Positions 38,362 to 50,334 of a stretch of 59,648 nucleotides of DNA are shown in pieces (within the stretch, counting starts at the first letter, position 1; each line of letters starts with the position of its first letter). The translations under genes and the position numbers were made by a program. This stretch comes from a virus (Duplodnaviria; Caudoviricetes): IMG/VR virus record IMGVR_UViG_3300025018_000011, positions 1 to 59,648 of that record; one strand, given 5' to 3'. The notes under the pieces were generated by a model. It was not told the origin of the DNA. It searched no databases and saw only the letters and a list, made by a program, of their open reading frames with translations.

Positions 38362-38532
38362 TTATAAATCCATTGCTAATAACATTAATAATACTATTAT
38401 CACTGATCAAGATATAACTATTACTTTTTGGTATAATGTTAAACTACCAAAGTTTCTACAGTTAATTACTATTGAATGTATTACTACATATATCATAGCA
38501 AATCATAAGATTGCTAATTCTGTTTCACTCAT
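38362..38532 (-). CDS. Small two-TM membrane protein, 56 aa
   Basis: Two hydrophobic helices. Confidence 0.6.
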
Positions 38533-38556
38533 ATATTTTTAAATTATTTATATAAA

Positions 38557-39216
38557 TTAATTAAAGAATTTTGTTACATCAAATTTTTCTTTTACTTCTG
38601 TATCTTTTCATAAATCTTCTACACTATTTTTATTATATGTATTCATGAACTCTAATATTTCTTTAGACTCTGCTAAGATAACTTTAATAGTATCTAAATT
38701 TTTGTATTCAAATTTATCATTTAAGTTTCTTCTAAAGTTACTTAACCTATTAAGTTTAGAACAGATATCTGAACTAGATCTATTTAATACATCTATTAAT
38801 TCTTTTAGTTCTTTATCTAGTTTAACTATTGATTTAGTATTCTTGTCATCACTGAAATATTTTTCAGTCTCTATTGTATTATTTGTTTGTTCTATATTTC
38901 CAATAGTAGTTTTAGGTTTAGGTATTGTATTATATAAAGTTGATTGTAATGAATCAGTAAAGTCATTTGCTATATCTTTATTTAATATATCTGTAGCAGT
39001 TGTCTCTTTTGGGAAATGAGTTGATTCATTTACTAATCATTCTATACATGAATCATTCCATTCCCATTCTCATCAATCTTCTTTCATTTTGTAATATGAA
39101 GTTATTCTACTTATAGTCATTATAGTTCATAGATATTTATCTGCCTTTCATTTACTATTCATAAAATTAACTCTCTCGTTTACTATACGAACTTTATCTC
39201 ATACTTTGTATTTCAT
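38557..39216 (-). CDS. Hypothetical protein with N-terminal SH3-like motif, 219 aa
   Basis: MKYKVGDKVRIV..YLGTIMTI..EDGGEWEW. Confidence 0.7.
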
Positions 39217-39226
39217 TTGTTATTTA

Positions 39227-40072
39227 TTAAATTCTAAAGTTAAACTCTTCATCAATAGATGAATCTTTATATAAATTTCTTAATGTATTTATAACATTAA
39301 CATTCCATGAACTATCACTAGTTGCATAGACTTTCTCTCAATTCTGAAAACAATCTTTTAATCATAGATTAATTTTACCTCAACATGATAAGTATCATAC
39401 TGTGTAAATGTTACCTAAGTATTTATTGTTTAATGTTTTATATATAGCTTCTATTCAATGCTCTATAGTAGCGAACTCAACCTTGTCTCATCTGTCATTG
39501 TTACCTACATTACCTATGTTATTAGTAGTAAGTAACTCATTACCTAATGAGCTATCAGCTTTAGCTATAGCTATTACTAAGTATGGATCAATCTTATACT
39601 TCACTCATAGTTCTATGAATGTATTTATATGTCATGCTACTGCAGGATATTTACTAAGTAAGTACTCTGCTCTAGCTTTAGGTGTATCTCATATCAATGT
39701 AATATATGATTGAGACTTACCATCTTTGTTTACTAACCATTTTAATTCTCATTGTATATCAATAGTTATATCTTCACAGCTAACAGGTAAATCTTTGACT
39801 GTGTTAAGCTTTACACACTCTTGGTATATAGATATAGCATTAACTAATTTAGATTCTTCTAATCTCAAATTTGATAGCGTTTCATTACTAATCTTTATTT
39901 GTTCATTAGCATAATCTATATTATATGTTTTCTGTTTCTGTATCTTTAGCATATAATCTGCACTAGTATTGTAATATCCTACTAGTAATATAATGAAAGC
40001 TAATCATAAGTATGATAACTTTTCTTTATGCATATTAATATTACTCAATATTTCTAATATATAAAATTTCAT
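39227..40072 (-). CDS. Membrane-anchored lysozyme-fold (glucosaminidase/SLT-like) protein, ~281 aa
   Basis: N-terminal TM, coiled coil, then KYKIDPYLVIAIAKADSSLG..NNIGNV..FATIEHGI..VYATSDSSW; alternative start 40033. Confidence 0.65.
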
Positions 40073-40129
40073 ATATCTTTTTTTATTAAAATAAAATAAA
40101 CATATTAACTTACATCAATTAAGAAGTCA

Positions 40130-40480
40130 TTATTTTGTAGGCTTATTAATATTCTTTAGATGTTCTCTTAACATTATCTTTGTTTGTTCAGATACATATT
40201 TCTTTTTCTTATTTCATTTAATGAATCTAGTATCATTACCTTTAGATAACAAGTTATCTTTAACTACTAAGTCATAGTTATCTTTTAAATGTTGTTGTAA
40301 AACTAATTTAGTTTCATTACAACATATTCATTTCTTAATATCAAGTCAGAACTTAATCTTGTATTCCCTTGATGTTAAGTTATGACTATTGTATGCATGA
40401 CTTCATATTTTTTTAAATGACTTACCAAATATCTCACAGATAGGTAGTCACTTAGAATCATATTCTATTATTCATATCAT
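40130..40480 (-). CDS. Ros/MucR-like zinc-finger DNA-binding protein, 116 aa
   Basis: PICEIFGKSFKKIGSHAYNSHNLTSREYKIKFGL; NUMOD3-like SEQTK tail. Confidence 0.6.
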
Positions 40481-40482
40481 AA

Positions 40483-40896
40483 TTAAAATTTAGTTATAAT
40501 AATTTCTTCGAATGGTACTAATGTATTAGTACTATTCTTTTCCCTTAACATTAAGTTAACTGAAAACTTATATCTATCTTTGTATTCTGATACAACAGAT
40601 TTTATATGTGCATTAAATACATCTGCATTAGTTGTATAATCTTTAGATATTACATGTATAAATATATCTTCTTTTGATATTACATAAGTTCTTAGTTCTG
40701 CTAATTGCTTAGCTACTATATCATTAGTAAGATCAACTAGTTCTTTAACTATGAATATATTCATACATACTTTTCTATCCTTATCTGTTCAGAACTCTCT
40801 ATCTATATCTATTAAAGCTTTATCTTTAATATAATCTATAATAGTATGGATTCAATCTCTATAATAATTATAAATAATTCATTTTACTTTTTCCAT
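40483..40896 (-). CDS. Hypothetical protein, 137 aa
   Basis: Extends track ORF 40483..40764 upstream through TGA. Confidence 0.7.
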
Positions 40897-40906
40897 AATT
40901 GTTTAA

Positions 40907-41068
40907 TTAGAAACATAAACTATTGTATTCCTCTATTGTAACTGATATACCTATATGTTCTGACATAACTCTACAAGTATATACATCAGTAGATTTAATC
41001 ATAACAATTCATACCATGAATATCATTAGTACTATTAGTAATATAGATAACATAAATGAATCTCTCAT
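40907..41068 (-). CDS. Small membrane protein, 53 aa
   Basis: N-terminal hydrophobic helix. Confidence 0.55.
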
Positions 41069-41079
41069 ATTTATATAAG

Positions 41080-41286
41080 TTAATTATTATCTTCTTCTTT
41101 AATTGCTTTTTTAATATCTCAAATAGTATGTATTCATTGAGCTGTATTATCTAATGGTATAACATTTATGTCATCTGATAACATAGATGCTATTGGATTA
41201 GTAAAATATACTCATTTATAATTTCATCTGAAAGCTATCTCTTCAATAGTTCAGCTGTCTGTTTTAATTCAAAATTTTGTACTCAT
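41080..41286 (-). CDS. Hypothetical protein, 68 aa
   Basis: MSTKFGIK..PLDNTAQGIHTIGDI. Confidence 0.65.
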
Positions 41287-41297
41287 ATTTGTATTGG

Positions 41298-41903
41298 TTA
41301 ATTATTATCATAAGCTTCTTGGAACTCTTCTTCTGTGAATATAGATTGATGTCCTACCATCTCTTTGATATCATAGAATCATCCACATGACTCTTCATGT
41401 TCCCAATCATCATGAAATGTTTTACCGTCTATTTCTTTTACTTCTCTAGACTCTATTATAAATTCATATACATTTCATTGTAGATAATTATCTAGAGTTT
41501 CTATTTCAGAGTTAAGAACTCTTAAGCTTTTACTCTCTAGTGTTTCTCATTCATTAATTATTAATTCATCTGTAGCTTTTTTAATACTAACATATATGTA
41601 TCATAGATGTCAACTATCCCATCTACATCAGAATGGTGTAGTCCTTACTGACCATCAACTATGATCCATTAAGTATACTCTATGATAATAGATATCATCT
41701 ATTGTTAATCACTTATTTTTTAAGTGTTCTTCAAATGCTTCATCTATAGATTCACAATCATGAGATAGTTCCTCATCTCAACTAAATTTTCTATGTGCTG
41801 TAACTAATGTTCATATATTATCCCATTCTCTAGGAGACTCTGGACAATCATCATTGCATACAACTAACTTGTATTCAATTCAGTCTATTATTTTTTTTAT
41901 CAT
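41298..41903 (-). CDS. Conserved phage hypothetical protein, 201 aa
   Basis: PESPREWDNIG, YLMDHSG, RWDSGHLGYIY, YLQGNVY, ESCGGFY motifs. Confidence 0.8.
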
Positions 41904-41904
41904 A

Positions 41905-42264
41905 TTACCATGTTAAAGAAATAATGTATTCTACTTTATCTTTAATATATTTATCCTTATCTTTAATAAGAGATTCATAATCTTCTAAGCAATCTTCTTG
42001 TTCATCATCATCTCTATAAGATACATCTTCTTCAAATTGAAATGTTATATCTCATCAATCAAATTCATTGTATCATAATTCAACTGGTATCATTGATTCT
42101 TGTATAGAATAATCTATATCTCAAATATCTTTAGATCTTAGTTCTACATAGTATCATTTACTATTTACAAATCAAGTATAGAAATCTAATACTCATTCTT
42201 GTCTTACATATTCTGTAACCAATTCAGTTAGTAAGTCTATTGTATATTGTTTCATTTGTTCCAT
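41905..42264 (-). CDS. Acidic hypothetical protein, 119 aa
   Basis: Open frame, tightly packed with neighbours. Confidence 0.65.
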
Positions 42265-42270
42265 ATGTTT

Positions 42271-42594
42271 TTAATATCAAGTATAAATTGTTTTAATTGG
42301 TTCGTATAGATGGATACTGAATACAGAGTATCAAGGTATCTCATCTATCTTATTGATATGATCTGTAATTATTTTATATAATTCATTACATTCTTTATAT
42401 CATTTATATTTATTAAATATATCATCATAGTTTTGATACAATTCTTGATAATCATGATCATTAACTATTTGTATTTGTATTTCTTTTTCTACTTCATTTA
42501 CTTCTATATAAAAAGAAATCATATAGTTCTTATCTGATATTAATGGTCATTTAATAAATATTTTTTCTAAGTATACTGTCTTTATTTTTTCCAT
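42271..42594 (-). CDS. Hypothetical protein, 107 aa
   Basis: Open frame, tightly packed. Confidence 0.65.
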
Positions 42595-42832
42595 ATATAT
42601 ATATTATAAATATAAAACTGTTATCTTATCTTTCATATATTCTTCTAGTTTTGTATCACAATAATCAGAGTCCTCTTGTAAGAACTCTATTGTATTCTCT
42701 TGTCATAATTCATTAATACATTTAGTACATCAAAGACTCTTATACTAGATATCTCATCCATTTCACTATGAAATTCTTGTCAGTATTTTAAGTCTGATAA
42801 TGTTGCTATATCTGCTTGCATATTTTATTTAG

Positions 42833-43723
42833 TTAATAAATATTATCTATTAAATTAATAAAATAATTATCTATCTCATCTGATAGATATGATAGGTTCT
42901 CTTCTATATGTTCTGATCCCCAATGGAACTCATATGTATATCTATCCCATCTAGTGTTTATTGTAACATATATATTAGGTCATCCACAAGTTAATGTTAT
43001 CTCATGGATACTATAATCATTATCTGATTTATATGATTTAACCTCTAATGGTTCTTTATATTCATCTACGCTTTGTTGTATATCATCTTGGTTCTCTTCG
43101 TAATAAACTTCATCTAACCATTCTTCATAGCTTAATATATCATCAACATCAGTGTCTTCTGCTTGTTCTAATAACAAGTAATCTTTATATTGTTTTTGCA
43201 TTACTTCATCTTCATTTCAAGAGAAGCAATACTTCATATAGAATTGCATAGTACTTAATTCACTATAATCTTTTATCTCTTTAATAAATCATTCGAGATG
43301 TCTTTGTCATTCTGTTAATTTTAACTTATTATTTAATTGATTAGTTAATTGATTAGTTAATTCTTTTAGCTCATTGTATACATAATTATAATCTCTATAT
43401 GTTCAACTTAAAAGCATATATTCGAATCATGGATATAAGAATGCATCTCATGCATGAGCTGTATCAAATCAGATAAACTTATTATCTCAATAATCTTTAG
43501 TTAATCATTGTATCATTAAATCTTTTAGATTTCATTCATATGTTATTCATCAATGAACTTCTAATTCATTAGTATCTAAATCATCATATCATTCTTTAAG
43601 TAATGATACATATCAATTTAGATGTCATTTAAATCTAAAGATAATACAATCAAATCAATTTATATTTAATTCATATAAATCTTTTTCTGTTTTCATTATC
43701 TCTAATATTTCTTCTTTAGTCAT
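42833..43723 (-). CDS. Two-domain hypothetical protein (apparent fusion), 296 aa
   Basis: N-half GHLNGYV..EVHGGITY..GFDTAHAGD; C-half acidic with TCGGPNIY. Confidence 0.7.
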
Positions 43724-43964
43724 AAGTGTTTATACTTAGTAAAGTAAAATCAAATCAATCGAAGTCTCCTGTATCATATCACTTCTCTCATGCTTTATGA
43801 TGAAAGTAATGTGATGATATTAATTCAACAAGCTTACCATATATATTCTCATTTTCTTTACAATGTAATGGACATATATATGTAGCCTGTTTGTTTGTCA
43901 CTATATGTACTGAATGTGTTGAATCACTTGGATCATTATTCAGTAGTAGTATTTTCATTTGCAT
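43716..43964 (-). CDS. Hypothetical protein, 82 aa
   Basis: Open frame, overlaps next start. Confidence 0.55.
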
Positions 43965-43966
43965 AT

Positions 43967-44251
43967 TTAATTCTTTAATAAATATTCTAATGTATCTTTA
44001 GTTACTAATTTATTATTAGACTTCTCTATAAGAGTTATAACTTCTTGTAGTGCTACTTCATATCATCTAACATATCATGCTTCCCATATTAGATTCTCTT
44101 CTTCTCAATCTGGATCACATTTTTCTAATTCAAGAATATAATCATTAATATTATTTTTATGTTTCATATGATCATCTGGATAATCTTTATAAGATTCTCA
44201 AGAATATAATTCTTCAGCGAATCATTCTTTAATTTGTTTAAGTGTTTCCAT
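43967..44251 (-). CDS. Acidic hypothetical protein, 94 aa
   Basis: Open frame METLKQIKEG... Confidence 0.65.
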
Positions 44252-44260
44252 ATTTATTTA

Positions 44261-44587
44261 TTACATATCTAAAAATTCTTTTATAATATTTTTCTCAAGT
44301 TTCTTAGTTCATTTAAATATATCATCTACATTAGATGAGTCTATCATAAATCAACTATCTAAACAATTACAATATATATTATCCTGTAATAATTGCCTAT
44401 TCTTATTTGATATAAATAATTTTTCTACAGCTTCATATAATATATAATAGATTAATTTATTAGTAAGTGAAGCACCATTACATAGTTCTTCTATCTCACA
44501 ATCATAATAATCTATATCATATGCATCTGATATCTTATCTATATAAGCTTGATCCATTGATCAAATTTGCATGTCTCAATATCTCAT
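44261..44587 (-). CDS. Hypothetical protein, 108 aa
   Basis: Contains track ORF 44351..44557; IYCNCLDSGF. Confidence 0.7.
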
Positions 44588-44589
44588 AT

Positions 44590-44874
44590 TTATTTATAAT
44601 TATTTTTAATATACTTGTCATTCATTATTAGAATAAGTAATTGTTCTAATGTATATTCATTTCTTAAATAACATTCTCATAATTCAAAGTATCAATCTAC
44701 TTTAGATTTACTTCCAATATATGATATAGATATGTATTTAAGTTTACTTAACTCTATCTCTATTCATTTCTTATATTTAATACAATCATTAAATGCTTCA
44801 GTAATTAGATTATGTAAATCATATTTACAATCTATATCTTGTTCATATGGTCAATTAATTATTATTGTCTTCAT
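44590..44874 (-). CDS. Hypothetical protein, 94 aa
   Basis: Open frame MKTIIINGPY... Confidence 0.6.
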
Positions 44875-45060
44875 TTTGTTGTTGTTTAAATAATAAGCTA
44901 ATTAAATTATTTATCTCTGTTGATAAATATGCAATATCATTACTCTCATTATTAAATAGATTATCTAATTAGTCTAATATTTCTAAGAAGTAATCTGGTT
45001 CATCTAATAAGTCTTCATCTAAATAATATCAAAGAGGTTTAGATTCAAATTTTGGTGTCA

Positions 45061-45417
45061 TTATATTTTAGTTAATAATAAACTACTTGCTTCTAATTCA
45101 TAATGTAATATTATTAGAGCTAGTTCTTCTATAGAACTTACTCTAATGTCTTCAGTATTATGATCTAATATAATTGTATATCATTTATCATTAGAACATT
45201 TTAGATATGTAGTAACTTGTCCCCATTTATCATCAGAGTTTTCTATTAATTCTATAGTTATAGTTGTACTAACTTCATCAGTTAATGATGACATTAGATA
45301 TAACCAATTATTAATTTCTTCTCTATCGAATCATTCATTAATTAATCTTGATTCATCTATATCATACTCTGCCATATAGACATATATATCTTTTTTAATT
45401 TCTTTTAATCTATTCAT
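45061..45417 (-). CDS. Hypothetical protein, 118 aa
   Basis: Open frame; TAATG-coupled to a 30-aa ORF at 44969..45061. Confidence 0.65.
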
Positions 45418-45450
45418 AAGCTTAGTTTTAAATAATAAAAAAGGATACAG

Positions 45451-45594
45451 TTAAGTATCCATTAAGTTAATCATAATCTTTTTTGCTAAAGCAAATACAT
45501 GATTCTCCTTATCTTCAGACTCATTATAATTTTCTTCTTCTGATTCTAATATATAAACACATAGTAATTTAATATCTTTATTTATATCATTCAT
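45451..45594 (-). CDS. Small hypothetical protein, 47 aa
   Basis: Open frame ending in hairpin ggatac/gtatcc. Confidence 0.5.
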   Translation of the reverse strand: MNDINKDIKLLCVYILESEEENYNESEDKENHVFALAKKIMINLMDT

Positions 45595-45989
45595 TTTTTT
45601 ATTTTATATTTAAGTAAAGTATGTTTTTCTAAATCTTTATTTTCTTTGTATAGCTTTTCATTTATCTTAGATAAATAAATTAAATCTCTTACAGAGAAAT
45701 CTTCTGACTTAATTTTTCTAGGTTCTAATCAGAGTATCTGATTCATAGTCCATCATCTAGATAATTGTAATGATATCACTCATGGCTTTATTCAATATAC
45801 ATATCAGTAGTATGCATACCTTTCTCTACAATGCTTGCATCAATGATGGTTATCTATAGACTTCCTAGTCTTTATGACTAATGTTTTACACTTAGCACAT
45901 GTAACTAATATATGATTATCATCATATCTCTTCATTATAATGTGTCAGTTAATCATATATCACTCTTGATACTTTCATCTGTAGTCCAT
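45582..45989 (-). CDS. HNH-derived Zn-finger/HTH protein lacking the nuclease core, 135 aa
   Basis: VTCAKC..GCKHC followed directly by LQLSRGWTMNQIL. Confidence 0.6.
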
Positions 45990-45995
45990 ATAATA

Positions 45996-47408
45996 TTATT
46001 TTAATTTCCAAGCTGTTGGTTTAGACATAATCATTTGTACTCATTTACATTTATCTAATACATCATTAAGTATATTCTTACCTATTACTGCAGCTTCATC
46101 TATTAGTATTAAATCTAATCATAGAGTTCTTACGAATAGCATAGCTACTTCTATTTCAAGTAATAATTTATTACCTGTACTTAAGTCAGCATATTCTATT
46201 CAGTCTTTATTCATTATCTTAAATGTACTAGAGATATTTCATTCCTTAGATACTTTAAATAATTCTACATTCAATCATGTAGTTTTTATTTTCTCTTCAA
46301 GTAAATTAACAAATGCTTGATTAGCTTCTTTAATAGATTCAATCTTATCTTGTAAATCTAAATGATTAAAAGATCTTAATTGTTCTTTCTTAATATCTAA
46401 TTCCTTTTTATAAACTCATTGATCTCTTATAGATTGTTCATGTAATTCTTTAGCATCATACATTTCTTTAGGTGGTATATTTAAATCAATCTTAAATATT
46501 TCTGCAAGTTTAACATTATCAGTTTCACTAATTAATTCAACTGTATCTATTGTTTTAATTTTATTATTTAATCATTCAAGATTAGCTTTTAATTTATCTA
46601 TCTCTCATGCTAATGTTTTTCATTGTTCAGTAATTGTTAATAACTTGTTAGTATCTACTGGTATACTTTGATTACAAGTCTTACATATAGCTTTCTCATT
46701 AGATGTATAATCTAATCTAAGTTCAACTAACTGTCTTTCTTTATTAGTTATACTATTAGTTAATTGAGATATCTCTAATGTAAGTTTATTCTTCTCTGCG
46801 TTCTTAGTATAAACATCATTATTATATATGTTTTTTTTGTCTTGTAGAGTCTTTAAGGTTTGTTCGTATGTTTCTATAGCAACGAATCTTTTCTCTTCTA
46901 TAGGGAACAATAATCATTCAAGTCTTGTTATGTCTTGAAGTATTAATCATTCATTAGAATTAGCTATCTTTAATAGAGCTTCTGATTCTTTTAATAATCA
47001 ATCATGATATCATTCTATTTTATCTGACATATATAGATCATAGTTCAATCATAATAATTGTACTAGTAAATCTCTTTGTTCATTAGTACTCTTAGTACTT
47101 TTAAAGAATTCTCATACTTGTATCCATCTATATAATGGATTAGAACTAGGTCATCATATCCAAGTTCATTTCATTAATACTGCTTGTTTATCTATTCAGT
47201 CCTCAGTATATATTATTTGAGCTGTACCATTAGGATATTGTTTCTTACCTATTCATGGATACTTACTTGTATACATAGATAAGATAGTATTTAGGATAAC
47301 CGATTTTCAATATCAGTTATTTTTCTCTAATACATTAACTCATTCTTTAAATTTTTCTTCAAGATCTACTCAGAAATCTTGGTAACTAATCTTTACTTTT
47401 TTTATCAT
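45996..47408 (-). CDS. Rad50/SbcC-like ABC ATPase, 470 aa
   Basis: Walker A NGYGKS, coiled coil with CKTC hook, LSTG signature, Walker B ILIDEA. Confidence 0.85.
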
Positions 47409-47716
47409 AATTTAATATGTATATTAGATGTTAAAATATATCCAACAAATAATAAGCTAGGTAATATTATATCTAGCTTAATCATTGCATGGTCTCATTG
47501 ATAAGATAAACTATTACTTCAATCCTTATTGAATGTAGCCTTAATCTCTATATCTTCTATTCACTCTCAAGTAAATAAAAGAGTTAATACATCATCATAA
47601 TGTTTATGTAACTTCTCATAAGTCTTTACGCTTATTTCAAAATGACAAGTAACTATACTGTCATCTATGCTTTTTGTTTTAATGTCTTTTCCTTTAATGT
47701 AAATTATTTGTTCCAT
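47402..47716 (-). CDS. Hypothetical protein, 104 aa
   Basis: Open frame overlapping next start. Confidence 0.55.
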
Positions 47717-47728
47717 ATATTAATTATA

Positions 47729-47929
47729 TTATAAGTCTGTATCTTGTAATCTTAGTTTAAGATTTCTAAAGAATACTTTATTCTTAATAGTGCACTTACT
47801 TGTTAAATGAAAGTAATGACACTCACAACATTTATAGACATTATATTTTTTATGCTGTCTCTTAGTAAGATCTCTAGCTATTTGTTTAGCCCTCTTCCTG
47901 CATTCAAATTTCTTTTTCTCACAATTCAT
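47729..47929 (-). CDS. Small basic Zn-binding phage protein, 66 aa
   Basis: C..KKKF..A..VYKCCECHYFHLTSK. Confidence 0.75.
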   Translation of the reverse strand: MNCEKKKFECRKRAKQIARDLTKRQHKKYNVYKCCECHYFHLTSKCTIKNKVFFRNLKLRLQDTDL

Positions 47930-48032
47930 AATCTAGTATTATATTGCTACTACTGCAATTTGGACAGTAATTTAAATTATGTTTCGATGTTGTCTTTGTG
48001 TTACAATCATCACATACTATTATATTTAACAT
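47886..48032 (-). CDS. Zn-ribbon protein, 48 aa
   Basis: CDDC..CPNCSS. Confidence 0.55.
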
Positions 48033-48048
48033 ATAAAAATATTAGTTA

Positions 48049-48240
48049 TTAAAATCATTCCATAATATATCAATTAACTCTTAGTGTTTTATTATATGAA
48101 TCTAACTTTGGTAATCTTTTATTTATTATCTTAATGTTATTTTTTCTAATAAAATATCAAAAGAACTCTCTTTGATTATTTTCATTATTATCTAAATCTA
48201 TATGTTCTACATATTTTCATTTGTAATATATTTTAATCAT
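48049..48240 (-). CDS. Hypothetical protein, 63 aa
   Basis: Open frame MIKIYYKGK... Confidence 0.55.
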
Positions 48241-48242
48241 AT

Positions 48243-48617
48243 CTATTTTTCATTTAATATAATATCTATCATTCATGCTAGATCTACTTCTTCTCAAGAT
48301 TCTATTAACATCTCTAATGTTTTAGTTCAGAATGTTTTCTTAAATAGATTAACTGCTTTATCAAAGATTTTATGTTCTTCTGGTCAAGCAACTAATCATA
48401 TATTATTTAAGTTATATCTGAATGCTGGATAATTCTTTTTACTAAGTAAATGTGGGAAGCAAGATGGCATAACCATAGCAGGGTTTAATCTTTTTCAAGT
48501 AACCATACAATAGTAATTTCATCTAGATTCTAATTGTATAAATCTTCTTTTAAATAAATCCCACTCAGTTCAGAATTCATTTAAACGTTTTCTTTTCTTA
48601 TCTGATATTTGTTTCAT
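48243..48617 (-). CDS. HNH-fold (NinG/Rap-like) nuclease, 124 aa
   Basis: CMVTG..PHLLSKKNYPAFRYNLNNI..EEHKIFD. Confidence 0.6.
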
Positions 48618-49789
48618 TAGTTTCAAGTTAAGAATATTCATTCATAATTAGTAGCTCTTGATACGGCTACATATAATTGTTCCTTAGACATACTAGGTAT
48701 GTAATGAACTATAACACTATCTAATGATAATCACTGGCTCTTATGTATTGTAATAGCATATGCTAACTTAACTGGTAATTGAGTATAACTTCATACTGCA
48801 ACTTTTTCTCAATGTAAGTATTCATATTGTTCCCATGTCTCATTACATATATAAACTATCTCTCAAGTTCTATCTGATTTAAACTCTATAGTTCAATTGT
48901 TAATACTTGATATATATCATAAGTCTCAATTCATTAATCAATTCTTTAAATTCTTTGTTATCATTGCTCTACATCATTGTTTAAGCTTTAGATATTTTGG
49001 CGTTAATACATTCTTAATGTTGAATCTTCATACTACTTTAGAATGAAAGATTACTTCTCTACTTGATATATTATTAAATGCTTTATCATTAAATGCATCT
49101 ACCATATTATTATATGGCATTAAATGAACTGAATTATTCCATTGTTCAAATGTCCATCAAGTTCTTTGTAATCTATGTATAGCTCTAATGTTATTATTCT
49201 TTATGTCAGTTATTACTGATAATAGTCTTTCATCTTTTTGTCTAAATACTTCATTAAGATTTATATTAATAAATCATGAGTTCTTATATCAATGTGAATC
49301 AGTACACTTATCTCATCAATATAATGCTATTAACTTATCATAGTATTCTTTATCTTCTGGTTCTACTTTTTTATAAACTGGTGGTAGTTGATCAAAGTCT
49401 CATACTATTATTATTTGTATTCATCCAAATGGTAATCAGTTATCTACATAATATTCTATAATTGTTTTACAGAAATCAAACATATCTGGTCATACCATTG
49501 ATACCTCATCAAATACTATTGTATCTATTGATTCCCAATCTATTGCTTGTCTAGGTATATTCTTTAAATCTCCTGGATGTATTTTAAATGCAGAATGAAT
49601 TGTGGCTCATTCTATATTAATAGCTGCTATTCAAGTAGGTGCAACTACAACTACTTTCTTTCACAGTTTATCAAATTCGTCTATTAATTTCTTAGTAATA
49701 TATGTCTTACCTGTTCATGGTGATCAAGTAAGTAATATATTCTTTCATAATTTGGCTTCTCTTAAGAAGTCATCCTGTGTCATGTCCAT
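48617..49789 (-). CDS. Pif1/RecD-like SF1B helicase, 390 aa
   Basis: TGSPGTGKT, APTGIAA, TIHS, DEVSM, GDFDQLPPV, AYAITIHKSQG, LYVAVSRA. Confidence 0.93.
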
Positions 49790-49791
49790 CT

Positions 49792-50334
49792 CTATAGTTT
49801 TATATAATCAAAGGTATTACTTGTTTTAAAATCTAAACTAGATACTAATGGTATATATTCTCTAATGTCTTTATCTGGTGCAGCTACATGTATTCATCTA
49901 GCAAATTCCCGTCAACTTCATATAGATAATAAATCTTTTATATCTTCTATATATCACTTAGTTCATATTACTAATCATACATCTTTAGTTACAAATATCA
50001 TATCTATATCTACTTCTTTAATTCAAGATTCATCTCTTATTTTGTTAAATAAAAATAATGCAAAGTTATGATAATCTTTAAAGTCAGATGCCATTCTTAA
50101 ATCTTTAGCTTGAAATAAAAGTTCTACTGATTTAAGTACTCATTTTATTATATTTGAATGTATTGAATCTCCTGTAATAGCTATTACATATGGTTCATTT
50201 GCAATTCAATTAAATACTATTCATTTATTTAATTTACATATTTCATCATTAATCATTCTGTATCATCCGCTAGCTCTATTGTCTGCTACTATTTCAAATC
50301 AATCTTTACTTCTCTTGGCTATTATTGTTGTCAA
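49792..50334 (-). CDS. HslV/proteasome-beta-like Ntn peptidase, 180 aa (TTG start)
   Basis: MTTIIA..VADNRAS..CK..IAITGD..SIGSGREFARG..LDFKTS. Confidence 0.75.

Noticed and set aside
43745-43775. GDFDGFD in an 82-aa ORF (and GDFDQ in the helicase) as further RNAP motifs
   Set aside because: Lacks the DxDGD spacing and the RxP context; the helicase hit is SF1 motif III
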